Notes under the pieces: generated by a model
Told to the model about the DNA's origin: nothing
Database searches by the model: none
Seen by the model: the letters and a program-made list of their open reading frames with translations, nothing else
Made by a program: the position numbers and the translations under genes
Shown here: one piece after another, positions 28,301 to 40,300 of the stretch
How positions within the stretch are numbered: the stretch's first letter is position 1
Layout of the letters: each line of letters opens with the position of its first letter
IMG/VR virus record: IMGVR_UViG_3300010354_007082
Location: 1-54,266 of that record
Reading direction: 5' to 3' (one strand)
DNA: 54,266 nucleotides
DNA from: a virus
Taxonomy: Duplodnaviria > Caudoviricetes

Positions 28301-31300
28301 AACCTGTACCTTGTTGGTTAGTTAATGTCAAATCACCAGCACCTGGACTTGTACTAATCTTTAATTGTGTACTACTAACAATAGCACTGATATAATAAAA
28401 CGTACCACTTGAAATACCACCGAATGTTGTTGTACTTGCGGTGCCATTACCCTGTGTTGCTGTACCTGAACCTGAACCTGCCCCAGTAGCTATAAATTTC
28501 ACACCAACTGTGTTGCTGATAGCACCTACTAATGTAAAATCAGTGCTACCTACAGATTTAATTGTGTATAACAGTCCTGGTATAAACCCACCTGCTAAAA
28601 CTGTGCCTGAGGCTGTAGCTACAAACTTTTGTCCTACTGTATTAAATGGGCTACCTAATAATGTAAAGTCAGTTGTACCCAATGATAATATTGTATACGT
28701 TTGACCAACAACAAAATTACCTGAAGTGAATACGAAGTTAGTAAACACCACTGGATCATTAAAACTAAATCCATCAGTATTGTTTACAGTAATTATGTTT
28801 GTAGAACTTGTGGTTTGTGAAACTGTAGCACGTACTGTATTTTCACTATGACTAATTGTAAATGACTCATCATCAAACACAGCACTTACAAAGTAGTTTT
28901 CGTTAGGTATAATTGAACTAAACTGTGTACCAGTAAACAATAATGATACCCCAGAATATAATGAGTTAGTGCCACCTGTGCCAATTGGTGTAGGTATGCT
29001 ATAAACACGATTATTAATTACTTGTGTAACCTGTTGTATTCTTGGGTAATAAACATCCAACACCGCAGTATCAGTAATTGTGCCAGCGTATGCTTTTGCT
29101 CCAGGTATGACTGGAACACTTGATGTTGTTAATGTAAATGTTGGCCCAAATTGTTCTTCACTTATAGTAAATGTTGTATCACTTACTATACTTGCTACAT
29201 AATATGTTGTATTTGGAACAATACCACCTTGTAATGGGCCTTGGAATATAATCGGCATACCAATCGTAAATCCAAATGTTGACCCTGAAGCAGTACTAAA
29301 TCCTGCTCCATCATCATATGGTAATAGTACAACTGTGTTACTTCCACTATTTGTCCCAACTACTCGTCTTGCGAACTCGCTGTAAGTAATTAATCTATCA
29401 TTAGATACATTATTAATAATAAGTGGAACATCACTTATACTAGAAAAAATATTGTTAATCGGTGGTAGTGTGCTTTCTAGTGTAACACTGCTACTTGCGT
29501 ATGATACTAAACCTGTACTACTAGCAATTTCTCCAGCGTAAAAACTTCCAGATACCCAATCAGTAACCTGCGGTCTGTAACTTGTTCTATCAAATCTTAA
29601 AACAGGACTTAGTTCACGTGTTGGACTTGAAGTTGTTGTTGGTATTACTCTAGCACCCAAATTCAATGTGTTCGTACCTGTACCACTATCATAAAATTCT
29701 ACACGGTGATTATCTAGTGTAGCATCTTCTAATGTTGTATATAAACCAATAATACCACTTGGTTGTATAGCCAGTACATTAATATAATACCATTGATTAT
29801 CAATCAAACCACCTATTTTATTACCCGAAACATTTTTGTACTGTACTAAATCTCCTGTCTGTAAGTCAGGAGCAAAAACACGTATTACACTAAATGAACT
29901 ATTAACATCAGTGCTACTAAATGTTACAACTAAGCTTGGTTCAACATTAATCACAGGAGCTGTCATGTATCCTTGACCTGGATTAATTACATTTACACTC
30001 AACAACACATCATTGTCCATTACAGGCTCTAATTGAATATATTGTCTTGGGGCAGGATAGATACTTGTGTCATATTCGACTGTAATTCTTGGTGGTTCAG
30101 TATAACCACGGCCGCCATATACTACGCTAACCTCAGGTAATTGTAAATATACCATAGTATTAGGTAAGTGTACAGCAATTTCTGTTCCATTTAATCCACG
30201 AACCAATTGACTTACTTTATTACTTGCTGTATCAATTTCATAATATCCAATTTGTTCATTATCAATTTGAATAACACCTGTAGTTGGGAATCCATATACA
30301 TTATCAACATACAAGAATGAACTACTTGTGTCAACATAACTATCTAACAATGTAGCTGGATAGTTGTCAATCGTTGTTAAACTAAGACCTTTATTTTGGA
30401 ACCATTGCTTATATGACACTGTATCCCATATAATGCTTGTAGGTAAGTATTGATTGTTTTGTGTTGGTGTATTATACACTAACATTGGAGTAATGAATTG
30501 TTGTTCACCTACACTGTATTGACTTGGTAAATCAAAATCAGTTACATTACCTTCATAGAATTCTGTACCTGTATATTTCAATAAGAAATCTTTAATTACT
30601 ACATGATATGGCTTAACTTCATTAATATAATTTTCTAAAAATACTTGATTATCTGTTTTGAAATTTTCAAAAGGTAGTAATTCACGTAATGTGTGACTAA
30701 CATCAACTAAGCTAGTCTTATTGAGCCATGGTAAGTAATTTTGTGATTGAATTGTTTCAGCTTGTATAAAGTCAAACAATAATATCAGTGATTTATTTCT
30801 GAAAATTAACAAATCTTCAGTATAAATTTGTTCACATAATGCTCTAATAATAAAATATGTTTCACGTGATGGATACTCATCAAAATCATCTACGTCAAAG
30901 AAGTTATCACCAAATCCTATTCTACCAGCTGGATAATCATATAAGTATTCACTAAACTCAATTGTTCCATTTTGTAATCCAATACGTCTCCAATTTGGAT
31001 TACTTGCTCTAGTGATAGCTTCAGGGCTACTACAAATATATGATTCAACTTCATTTAATGTAGCAAGACCATTTACTAAAACATTAACCCAATAATCAAG
31101 TCCTGCTTGTTCAGCATAACGCCCCAAACATGTTAGATAAACTTCGTTGATAATTGTAGCATATGTTGTAGCATTAGCTCCTGATATAGTTGTTGAAAGT
31201 TCTGTACCAACACTAAGATTAGGTTCGTAAATATAAAACTCTTGACTACCAACGTTTTGTCCTACTAACACAATTGTTCCACGTGGCACACTTAATGTAG

Positions 31301-34300
31301 CTAAATCAGCATAGTTTGATACTTGATATGCTGCTTTTGTATTATCATCATAACCAGGTGCCCACCAATTGATAGTAGTCCAATAATTAGTTACATCATA
31401 AGGAGTTCTACGTCCTTCAATTAATGCTTCAGGACTACTGCAAATTAAACCACGAACTTCGTCAAGTGTTAATGTATTGCTAACTAAAATTTCTACCCAA
31501 AAATCTAAACCACCTTGATCAGCATAACGTCCTAGACATTCTACGTAAATGTTATTAACTAAATCAGCATAATAATCAGCCAATGTATTGTTTACTGTAG
31601 TAGTTAATTTTGTACCCAAGCTAAATGATCTGTAAAGTAAACTTAGATCAGGCTTGATTTCCATTATTGGAAATTGCTTAACCACAGTGTTCGCATACTG
31701 TATATAATTTTTCAGTGCTAATAATCTGTCATAGAAAAAGCTTTGTCTTGGTCTTACTTCAATACCTGACTGTACAGCAGGAGGTAAGTAAAAATCAGGA
31801 ACAACTTGGTCATTGCTATCTACACCACTTAAGCTTGCTAATAATCTAGCGTATAAACCAGTTGGTTCTTGGTCGTAAATAGGAACCTGTGTGCCAGTAA
31901 CAATTTCAGGGACACCTGGTAAAAAGTCATCAGCAAAATTACTACGTACTAAAGTATATTCACTATGTGGGATATCACTACTACGTCCTGTAGTATATCC
32001 AACATGTAATATACTGTTTACACCATTTAAATATTGTTGAATGTTATACAATCCAAATGTATTTGGTAATAATGGTTCAAAATAACTAATACCAGATTGT
32101 AAAGGATTTTGTATATAACTAGCAACTACTGAATCAGCAAGCGTCTTATTAGTTTGTGTGAAGATTATATTTGTGTCTCTTACCCAAAAGTAATAAGTGT
32201 CTCCTAATTGATTAGCAGCATTTAGTGTTGGCTCAATTACATACAATGTAGGATCATAAACAGTGCCTGGACCAACATAAGCATTTGGTGGCACTGTGCT
32301 AGCTACCCAACTATAAACAGCAACATCACTGCCTGGGAAAACAGTACCCCAATATTTGCTATTGTACTTTACATCATTTTGATGGTAATTTACAAAACGA
32401 ACATTATTTGTGTCGAACCATAATTGTCCAACATTTTGTGGGCCCCACACCATTCCGTTAATTTCACTATCTGGGCTATTATACTTTGCTGGATCAATGT
32501 TAGATATATAATCTAAGTTTTGTCTAGCAGCACCTAAAATCTTACCTTGTAATGGATCAATATAATCTAAATTAACAAGTGTATTATTGGTTGTCACATC
32601 ATAGATTTGTATATTTTGTATGCGTTCTATATCAACAACTTGACTTGATGAACGATATACTGCCCAATCTTTTACTCCAACACTATTATTAAAGATGTTA
32701 ACTTTACCATCTACTGATCCTGAACTAAAGTTTGGACTACCAACAATCACACTATATTCATTGAAGTCAACACTACTTCCATATCTTGGGCTTGGGCCAA
32801 AACTTGAACTGGTATCATTAACACTTTGTGCGTATACAAAATTACCTGGATTACTTAAACTTTCATTGTAAGCTGGTAAGTAATCATACATATAAACAGC
32901 CCCAGCATTAGGATAATCATCAACAAATTGTGTTGCGTTGTTATCAAACACTGTGTCATTTTCAAAGTTTTCATCATCGGTAAAATCAAATGATGTGAAA
33001 ATATAACGTGTTCCTACTGGAGCACCAATCACTACACTATCAAAATCATTAAATTTAATACTACTACCAAATTGTGTAGCACCTACTGGATGTGGGCAAA
33101 GAATGATTTGCGTTTGATTATAAATGTTTATACCCAATTCATTCAATGTTGTCACAGCATTATCATATACTGTAAGTAGTAATTTTTCATTTGGTACTGC
33201 TAAATTACTATCAATTATACCAATCATTAACATTCCATTATTAGCAACTGCTTGAATGTTTGGTAATTGTAAACTATTAATAATGTTTGCTACATCACTA
33301 GCATTTAAGTTAGGTCCAGTTGGAGCTGGAATTATAACTTCAAATCCATTTAAATAAATCTTGCGTTGGGCAGATACGCTTACTGTGTTTGTACCAATAA
33401 TTAATCCATACTTTCCGCCTGCGTTTGTATAACGATATACGCTGCCTTCTTGAGTTTGGTTGTTTAAATCATATGGGGCACCAATTAATAATTCACTACC
33501 ATATCGTGTGGTGTCAACACTATAACCATAACTACTTCCTATTGTTGGTGTATTTGATGGTTCTAATGTTTGAATTAAGTTTAATTTACTATCACCCACA
33601 CTTAACAAATCGCCTGCCAACAAAGGAGCAGTAAATACAAACTTATCATCAACAACACCATAATCACTATTTTGTACAACTACACCATTCTTAACAACTT
33701 GTAAATCATTTGTTTGGAAGTATGCGTATGGTAAAGTAGCAAATATAGCACTGTCAATATTTAAAACTGTTGAACTGTTTCTATCTTCTTTGATTGTAAT
33801 TGTGAAAGTAGTGTTTATTATTGCTTCTTCAATCGTATAAACAAAATAAACTTTATATTGTTGTACTAAACTATCTAATAAATTGCCCTTGAATATAACA
33901 GGTTGTAGTGGTCTATAGACTTTACCTGTGCCTGTACCAACACTAGTAGCAGTGAATGTTACACCAACTGTGTTTGAACTTGCTCCAATACTAGTAAATG
34001 ATGTGCTACCAACACTTAGGATTTTATAATCAAGACCAGGTACAATACTTGTTGCTGGAATAATTACATCTGCTGTATAGTTACAAAGTATTTTATCGTT
34101 GATACCAGTTGTGCTTATAACAGTTGTACTAGCTTGATTTGGTGTCCAGCCTAAACTAAACTGTTGATATCCAAATAATATAGAATTATATTGTACTTCG
34201 TATTGTTGTGTAGTTCTGTTATAAACATAACTTCTACCAGTATTATTAGTGTTTATGTCAAAATCATAGCTAGGAGCACCTACTATTAATGTGTCACCAT

Positions 34301-37300
34301 TATAATCAGTTACTACACTATATCCAAAATCTATTTGATTTGTTGGAGCTACAACATATCCATTATTGTATGGGCTTAATCTATAAGTAATTTGATTTGC
34401 TGTACCTGTACCTGTACCAACTCCTGTCGCTACAAACGTTATTCCAACTAAATTGTCTGTACTACCAATCGTTGTAAAGTCAGTTGTGCCAACACTAGTA
34501 ATTGTGTAAACTTGTCCTGGTACAAAATATCCAGCAGCTAGTGGAACATTTTCTTTAACATAAACATATACTCTATCATTTGTTCCACTATTGTAAATTT
34601 CACTTATATATAAATAATTACCATCACGACTAAAATCAATACTACTACCAAAATTACTTGAACTACCTGGGTTTAGTATTGTTTGTATTTCTATTAAGTT
34701 ATTGGTTGTTTCACTATTAGTGTTAGTAACATAGATATAAACTTTTGGTGAGCCACTACTTGGTTCACTTACAGCAATAAAGTTGTTATGATATGTAATA
34801 CTTGTACCATAACTTGTACCTTCTGTAATTGTTTCAGTAAGTTCTAGTTCATTTGTAAATGTGTTTAAAGTATAACGATAAAGTTTACCATCTAAACTGT
34901 CCCCAACCAAATAACCAAAACTATTGTCATAAGCAACACTAGTTCCATAATTAGTTGTGTTTGGCTCGTTAAATGAATTTGTACCGTTGTAATTTAAAGA
35001 TTTACGATATACTGCCCAACCACCATTAGTATCAGTTTCTACCCAAGCTTTATTTTTAACAAACTCACTTGTTAATAAATCTAAGTTTATGATATCACTA
35101 GGATTTTGTACCTTATGTGAGGTAAATTTTAATACAATACCCTGACCTGTTAAAACATTATTATTAACATCAAGTGTAAGATTGATAATAACTTCATATG
35201 GATTAACTACAGTAGTAACAAAATAATACCCATTAGCAGCACCGTCAAAATTAATGATACTGATAGGATCAAGTCTTGATAAGTTGTGAACATTAGCAAA
35301 ACGTATTGTAGTGCTACCGTTTAAGTTACCACGCATTGTTACTACACGTCCAATTGACTGCCAGCCATAAACTTGCCAATCACTTAAGAAGTTAGCTAAC
35401 CAAACATAATCACCTACATAAAAATCAGTGATTGGAACAACTACGTTATCAGTATTAACAGCGTTTGGTAAGTCACCATAAAAGTAACTTGACATTTTAA
35501 CATCATTAAAGTTTACAAATCCAGCAGTTGGATATAACTCACTAGGCGTGTAACTTTCAATTGTTGGCAATACATTAATATTAGTAATTGGTGTAATATA
35601 GTTATAAATTTGATACAACGGTACGTATTGTTGTGCTCCAATTGTTGGAACACCATTAGTCAAACTTAATATACTAGGATTACCTGTTAACAAACTTTCA
35701 CTAAGTCTTACTTCAAAAAAGTTATCATTTAATGTGCCACCAAAATCAGCAGTCTTAATTGCCCAATTTTCATAAACATCATAATTAATACCACCTTGCG
35801 GTAATTGTGCCCCACGGAATGTATCTACACTTAATCTGCTACCCTTATTACGTATAAAGTTTTTATATACCTGTACTTGTGCTGTATCTGTCAAATCAAT
35901 CGTTGACAAATAATCACGTGGTCTATAGCCTATCAAACTATATGCTAATAAATTACTATCTTGTTCTAGGTTAGCTTGGTTGACGTTATAATATAGTGCT
36001 GACTCATAACTGCGTGTGCTACTATTGGGTAATAATCCTTTTTGTATTTCATTATAATCTGTTTCTTTCCAACCTAACTCATCAAATATTGCGCTCGGTT
36101 GTAGTTTCTTTAATGCTGTCCAATATTTGTTTTTATACTTGACTATCTCGCCTTTTGTATAAGCTTTGGTTTTGTCCCATTCTGTTATATTATCTTGGTT
36201 AAGTATAAATCCACTAGCAGTAACAGTGCCGTTCCAAGCTGCTGTTTTTACACCTTTTAATAAGATTCTATCTTGTCTTAGTCCTGTTACAAGATTGTAT
36301 ATAACATCATCAAATAATGTAATATTATCAAATACAACACCATGCTCAAAATTACTTACATTAAATTGTGCGTAACTAATCGCATCACCGCGATTTAATG
36401 GCTTGACTATAAACTCTGTTTGGTCACGTTCAATACTTAAATCATTTAATTGTATTGGATATAAGTTTTGATTTAGTACAAAATTAGTACGCTGAATAGT
36501 TAATGGTTGTACTATATTACTATCTTTATTAAAGTATAACTTGTTAGCAGCAGCATTAATAGTAATAATGTTACCTAACTCCCAACCTGTTTGTGACCAA
36601 TATAAAAACTCACCAATTAATTGTCTAACATTAATTTCTAAACCGTTTTCAATTTCATCAAACAATAAACCTTGATATTGTAAATATGCTCCGTAACTAG
36701 CTAAAAATTGTGATAATTCTTGTACTGTATTGAAAACTGTTCCATATGGAACAATTGATGTATTATTACTATAATCATTTGCTACTCTTACAGAAACATT
36801 TTCAACAGTAATACTATCAACATTACCATTGTTGATTGGATTTAATATTGTAAAATAAGCAATGTTTTGTGAATTACCATATACTGCGTATCCATTGTTA
36901 ACAATTTGTACAACTACGGAACTATAAACAATTCTGTTGAATGGTTGATTTTCATACAATAATAATGCGTAGCTTTCATCAGGTATTAGTAATGAAGCAT
37001 TAACACTATTTGGTGTTCCCTTCTCAACAAAAAACTTTAAGAAAGTTTTATCACTATACCCTGCTAATCTATAAACCAAACGTACATCTAAGTTTTTCAA
37101 TAAATTAGTTATGTTTGTGGTAGCATTGATACCTACCTGTTTTTCATAATCTACAATCCAATTGATGTAACTTGTTTTAGCAACCCCGTTGCCATATATT
37201 TGTACATCACTTAGTACAAGATGACTACGTTCATTAACAAGATATTGGTTAAATTCTTCAACGTATTTGTAGTTGTCTAAATCTATACCAAGATTAAAAA

Positions 37301-40300
37301 ATTCTGCAGGTTTGGTTAGTGCGAATATACGCATTAAATCAAATGGCCAAGTAGAACTTTTTCTATAACTGTACTCAACAGGGGCAACATCGCCCACTTT
37401 CCATTCACGTTTAAATAAACTTTCAGTAAAATTACCTACTACAGAACTTAAAGGACTTAATAAATTACCAGCACTATCTACAGGAATTATATCAAGTAAG
37501 TTTGGTCTGATTGCTTGTTGTACAACATATGGATTACCATTGTTCCAAACTATACCTTGTGCCAAATCATTCCATAATACAAAGTTATCACTTGTATATG
37601 GGCTTGGACCATATCTAGTTTCCCACCAACTTGGTTTACTTGTTAGTCCTAACATTTCCCATGGTGTTGTGTTTGGTGTACTTGTGTCGTAGAAGTATAA
37701 ATTAATACCACGCCAAAACCCTTGGAAAATCTCATCATCATTTATTTTATTACCACTTTGCCAATAGTTGTATGAGAATTCATTATTAGCATTATATAGT
37801 TGTGTCTTATACTCTAATCTATTTGCTCCTACCCAATTTAAAAACATTTCACTATAAATTGTTAAGAAGTCATTTACGCTTAATGTAGTGTCTCTAAAGA
37901 ATCCAGGTAGTATTTCATAATCACGTAATAGTACTTCGGTTGAAAGTTTTAAATTGTTATAAACACGTTTTTCAAATTCTAGCAATGCTTGGTCACGAAA
38001 ATCTACAAGTGAATCAATTGCGTCATTATAAGTCCCATATAATTTATTATATGAACCATCGTGTCCTAATATAAAATAAGTTGGGGTTTGATAACTACTG
38101 TCTAAAATAACTTTTGGTTCAAAGCTTGGATACAATCCCAACTTAGTTGGTGTATTGGGAACATAACTACCATATGTCTGATTATATTCTTTAACAGTTA
38201 CTACATCACCTTGTAATAAATCAAATGTTACAGTTAAGCTTGGACTATCAGTGCTGATTGTATAGTCAAGACCCTTTACTAACTGCTTTTCAACTGTTAA
38301 GCCGGATTGTGTACGGAATACATAAACTAAAACACCATCATAATTTGCTGATGTAAAATTATATACTTTTGATAATGGAAAAATACTTGTATCAAAATCA
38401 TTATTGAATGTATATTGATTTGTTATATAAGCATTTTTATTTGGTATCATGTCACTCCAAAAGAATGACTGTGTATCTGTTTTATTACCATTTATAACAT
38501 CTAATGCGTTATCAAGTACACTACTAGGTGTGTATGTTTGATTCATTGTTATTTGTGCTACAGTATCAACTAACAATGTTTTAAATGTAATATATTGTCT
38601 ACTATTGTATAATAATGCGTCAAATAGATTATGGTTCTGTAGTCTTAAGAAACTACCCACACTTGCTAATGAACTACTATTTTGTATAATACTTGTCCCG
38701 TATGGTACTAAGTTACCTAAATCACGGAAGTTATTAGCTCCAAACAGTTGACCTGTTATGTTAGGAGTATTATAAAAAATACTTTGATATTGTGAACGAA
38801 TATCACCAATATTAACCGTAGTAATATCTGTATTAAATGGGTTATTACTTAAATTAATTGGAATAGTATAATAAGCATTTTCACTTACTACATTACTCAA
38901 TAATAAAACTTGTACTTTTGTATTAGTAGCACTATTAACGATTAATTGAATAGTGGTTGAACTAGTATTTGTTGTAACTGTGTAACTATTTGGTAATTGA
39001 AATTCATTATTAATAAAAACTTTTACACTTGGGAAAGGTGTGTTTTTCCAACTTGGGTCTAATGCTTCAGGACTACTACAAATTAATGTTTCAACCTCAA
39101 CGATTGTTAATGTATTGTTGACTAATAATTCTACCCAATAATCTAGTCCTGATTGTTCAGCATAACGACCTAAACAGTTAAGATAAATGTCATTAACTTG
39201 AATAGCATATTGCCCTGCTCCTTCTCCAACAACTTTTGTTTTTAACTCTATACCACTATATGCGTTTAATGGAACATCACAAACAAATGAACTTGTTGGT
39301 CTTGTTACATCAAAATCAAATTCAAAAACTTGATATTGAACACTGTCGCCTACACTGGTTTGCCAACCTAATTGTCTAGTAAAATCAGTACGTGTTGAAT
39401 AATTAAGTACATATCCAGTGTTAACATTTGTAGTAATTGGGTTTGTGTTAATAACATAATTAAACGTGTCACTGTTTAAAGAAACATCAAAACTAATATC
39501 ACCAACATTATCAATACTACTATAGCGAATAGGGAATCCTAATATTGGATCATCAACTCCAACATCAACACCATAATTAAAAAGTTTACACCCTACAAAA
39601 CTTGAACCAGGATAAAATTCAGTATTGCTAAAACTTATTCCAGCATTATCAAATACGTCAAACAATGGAGCTTGATTGATACTTGATTTTTCTTGTGCTA
39701 CTAGATATTCTGTACCTTGTAAATAAAACGTTCTACCTGTATACAATGCTCCACGGGTAGCAGTAAATTGATTATCCTCTAAAATTTGTCCATTAGGAAC
39801 TTCAGTCAATGTTATTACAGGAGGAATAGATGTATCAACAGTCTCAAAGTTGACTACATAAATTTTTGTTTTAGTTTCAGTGTTGCTATCATTTACAAAT
39901 ACAATTTTAGCTCCATCAAATAACTGATATGAACTTAATGGATCATCAGTGGCTACAAATTGAACATTTGTCTTTGTTGTGAAAGTTGCTGCTGAACTCC
40001 AAGAAACTGTAATCGTTAATGTGGTTGTACCTGTAATACTTGTAATTGTAGCATTATTTGGAATAACACTAACTGTTGGTGTTTGATAGATATCTTTAAT
40101 ATACTGACCAACAGCAAATGTACCAGTCACATTGTTTTTGTCAATTGTAATTGTTGTTGATGTACCTGCTACAACACCATTAATTGTTCCACTATATGTT
40201 GTGTAAACATTAGTATCAGGATAATAGTTATATTGACCAGCAACATAACTCAATGCGTCACCAGTTCTTGCGTCAACAAAGTCTACTAAACCTTTGCTTA

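Noticed and set aside
31017-39250. Diversity-generating retroelement TR/VR pair among the repeats
   Set aside because: Differences between the copies compared are not adenine-specific and include many synonymous changes; no reverse transcriptase in the window.
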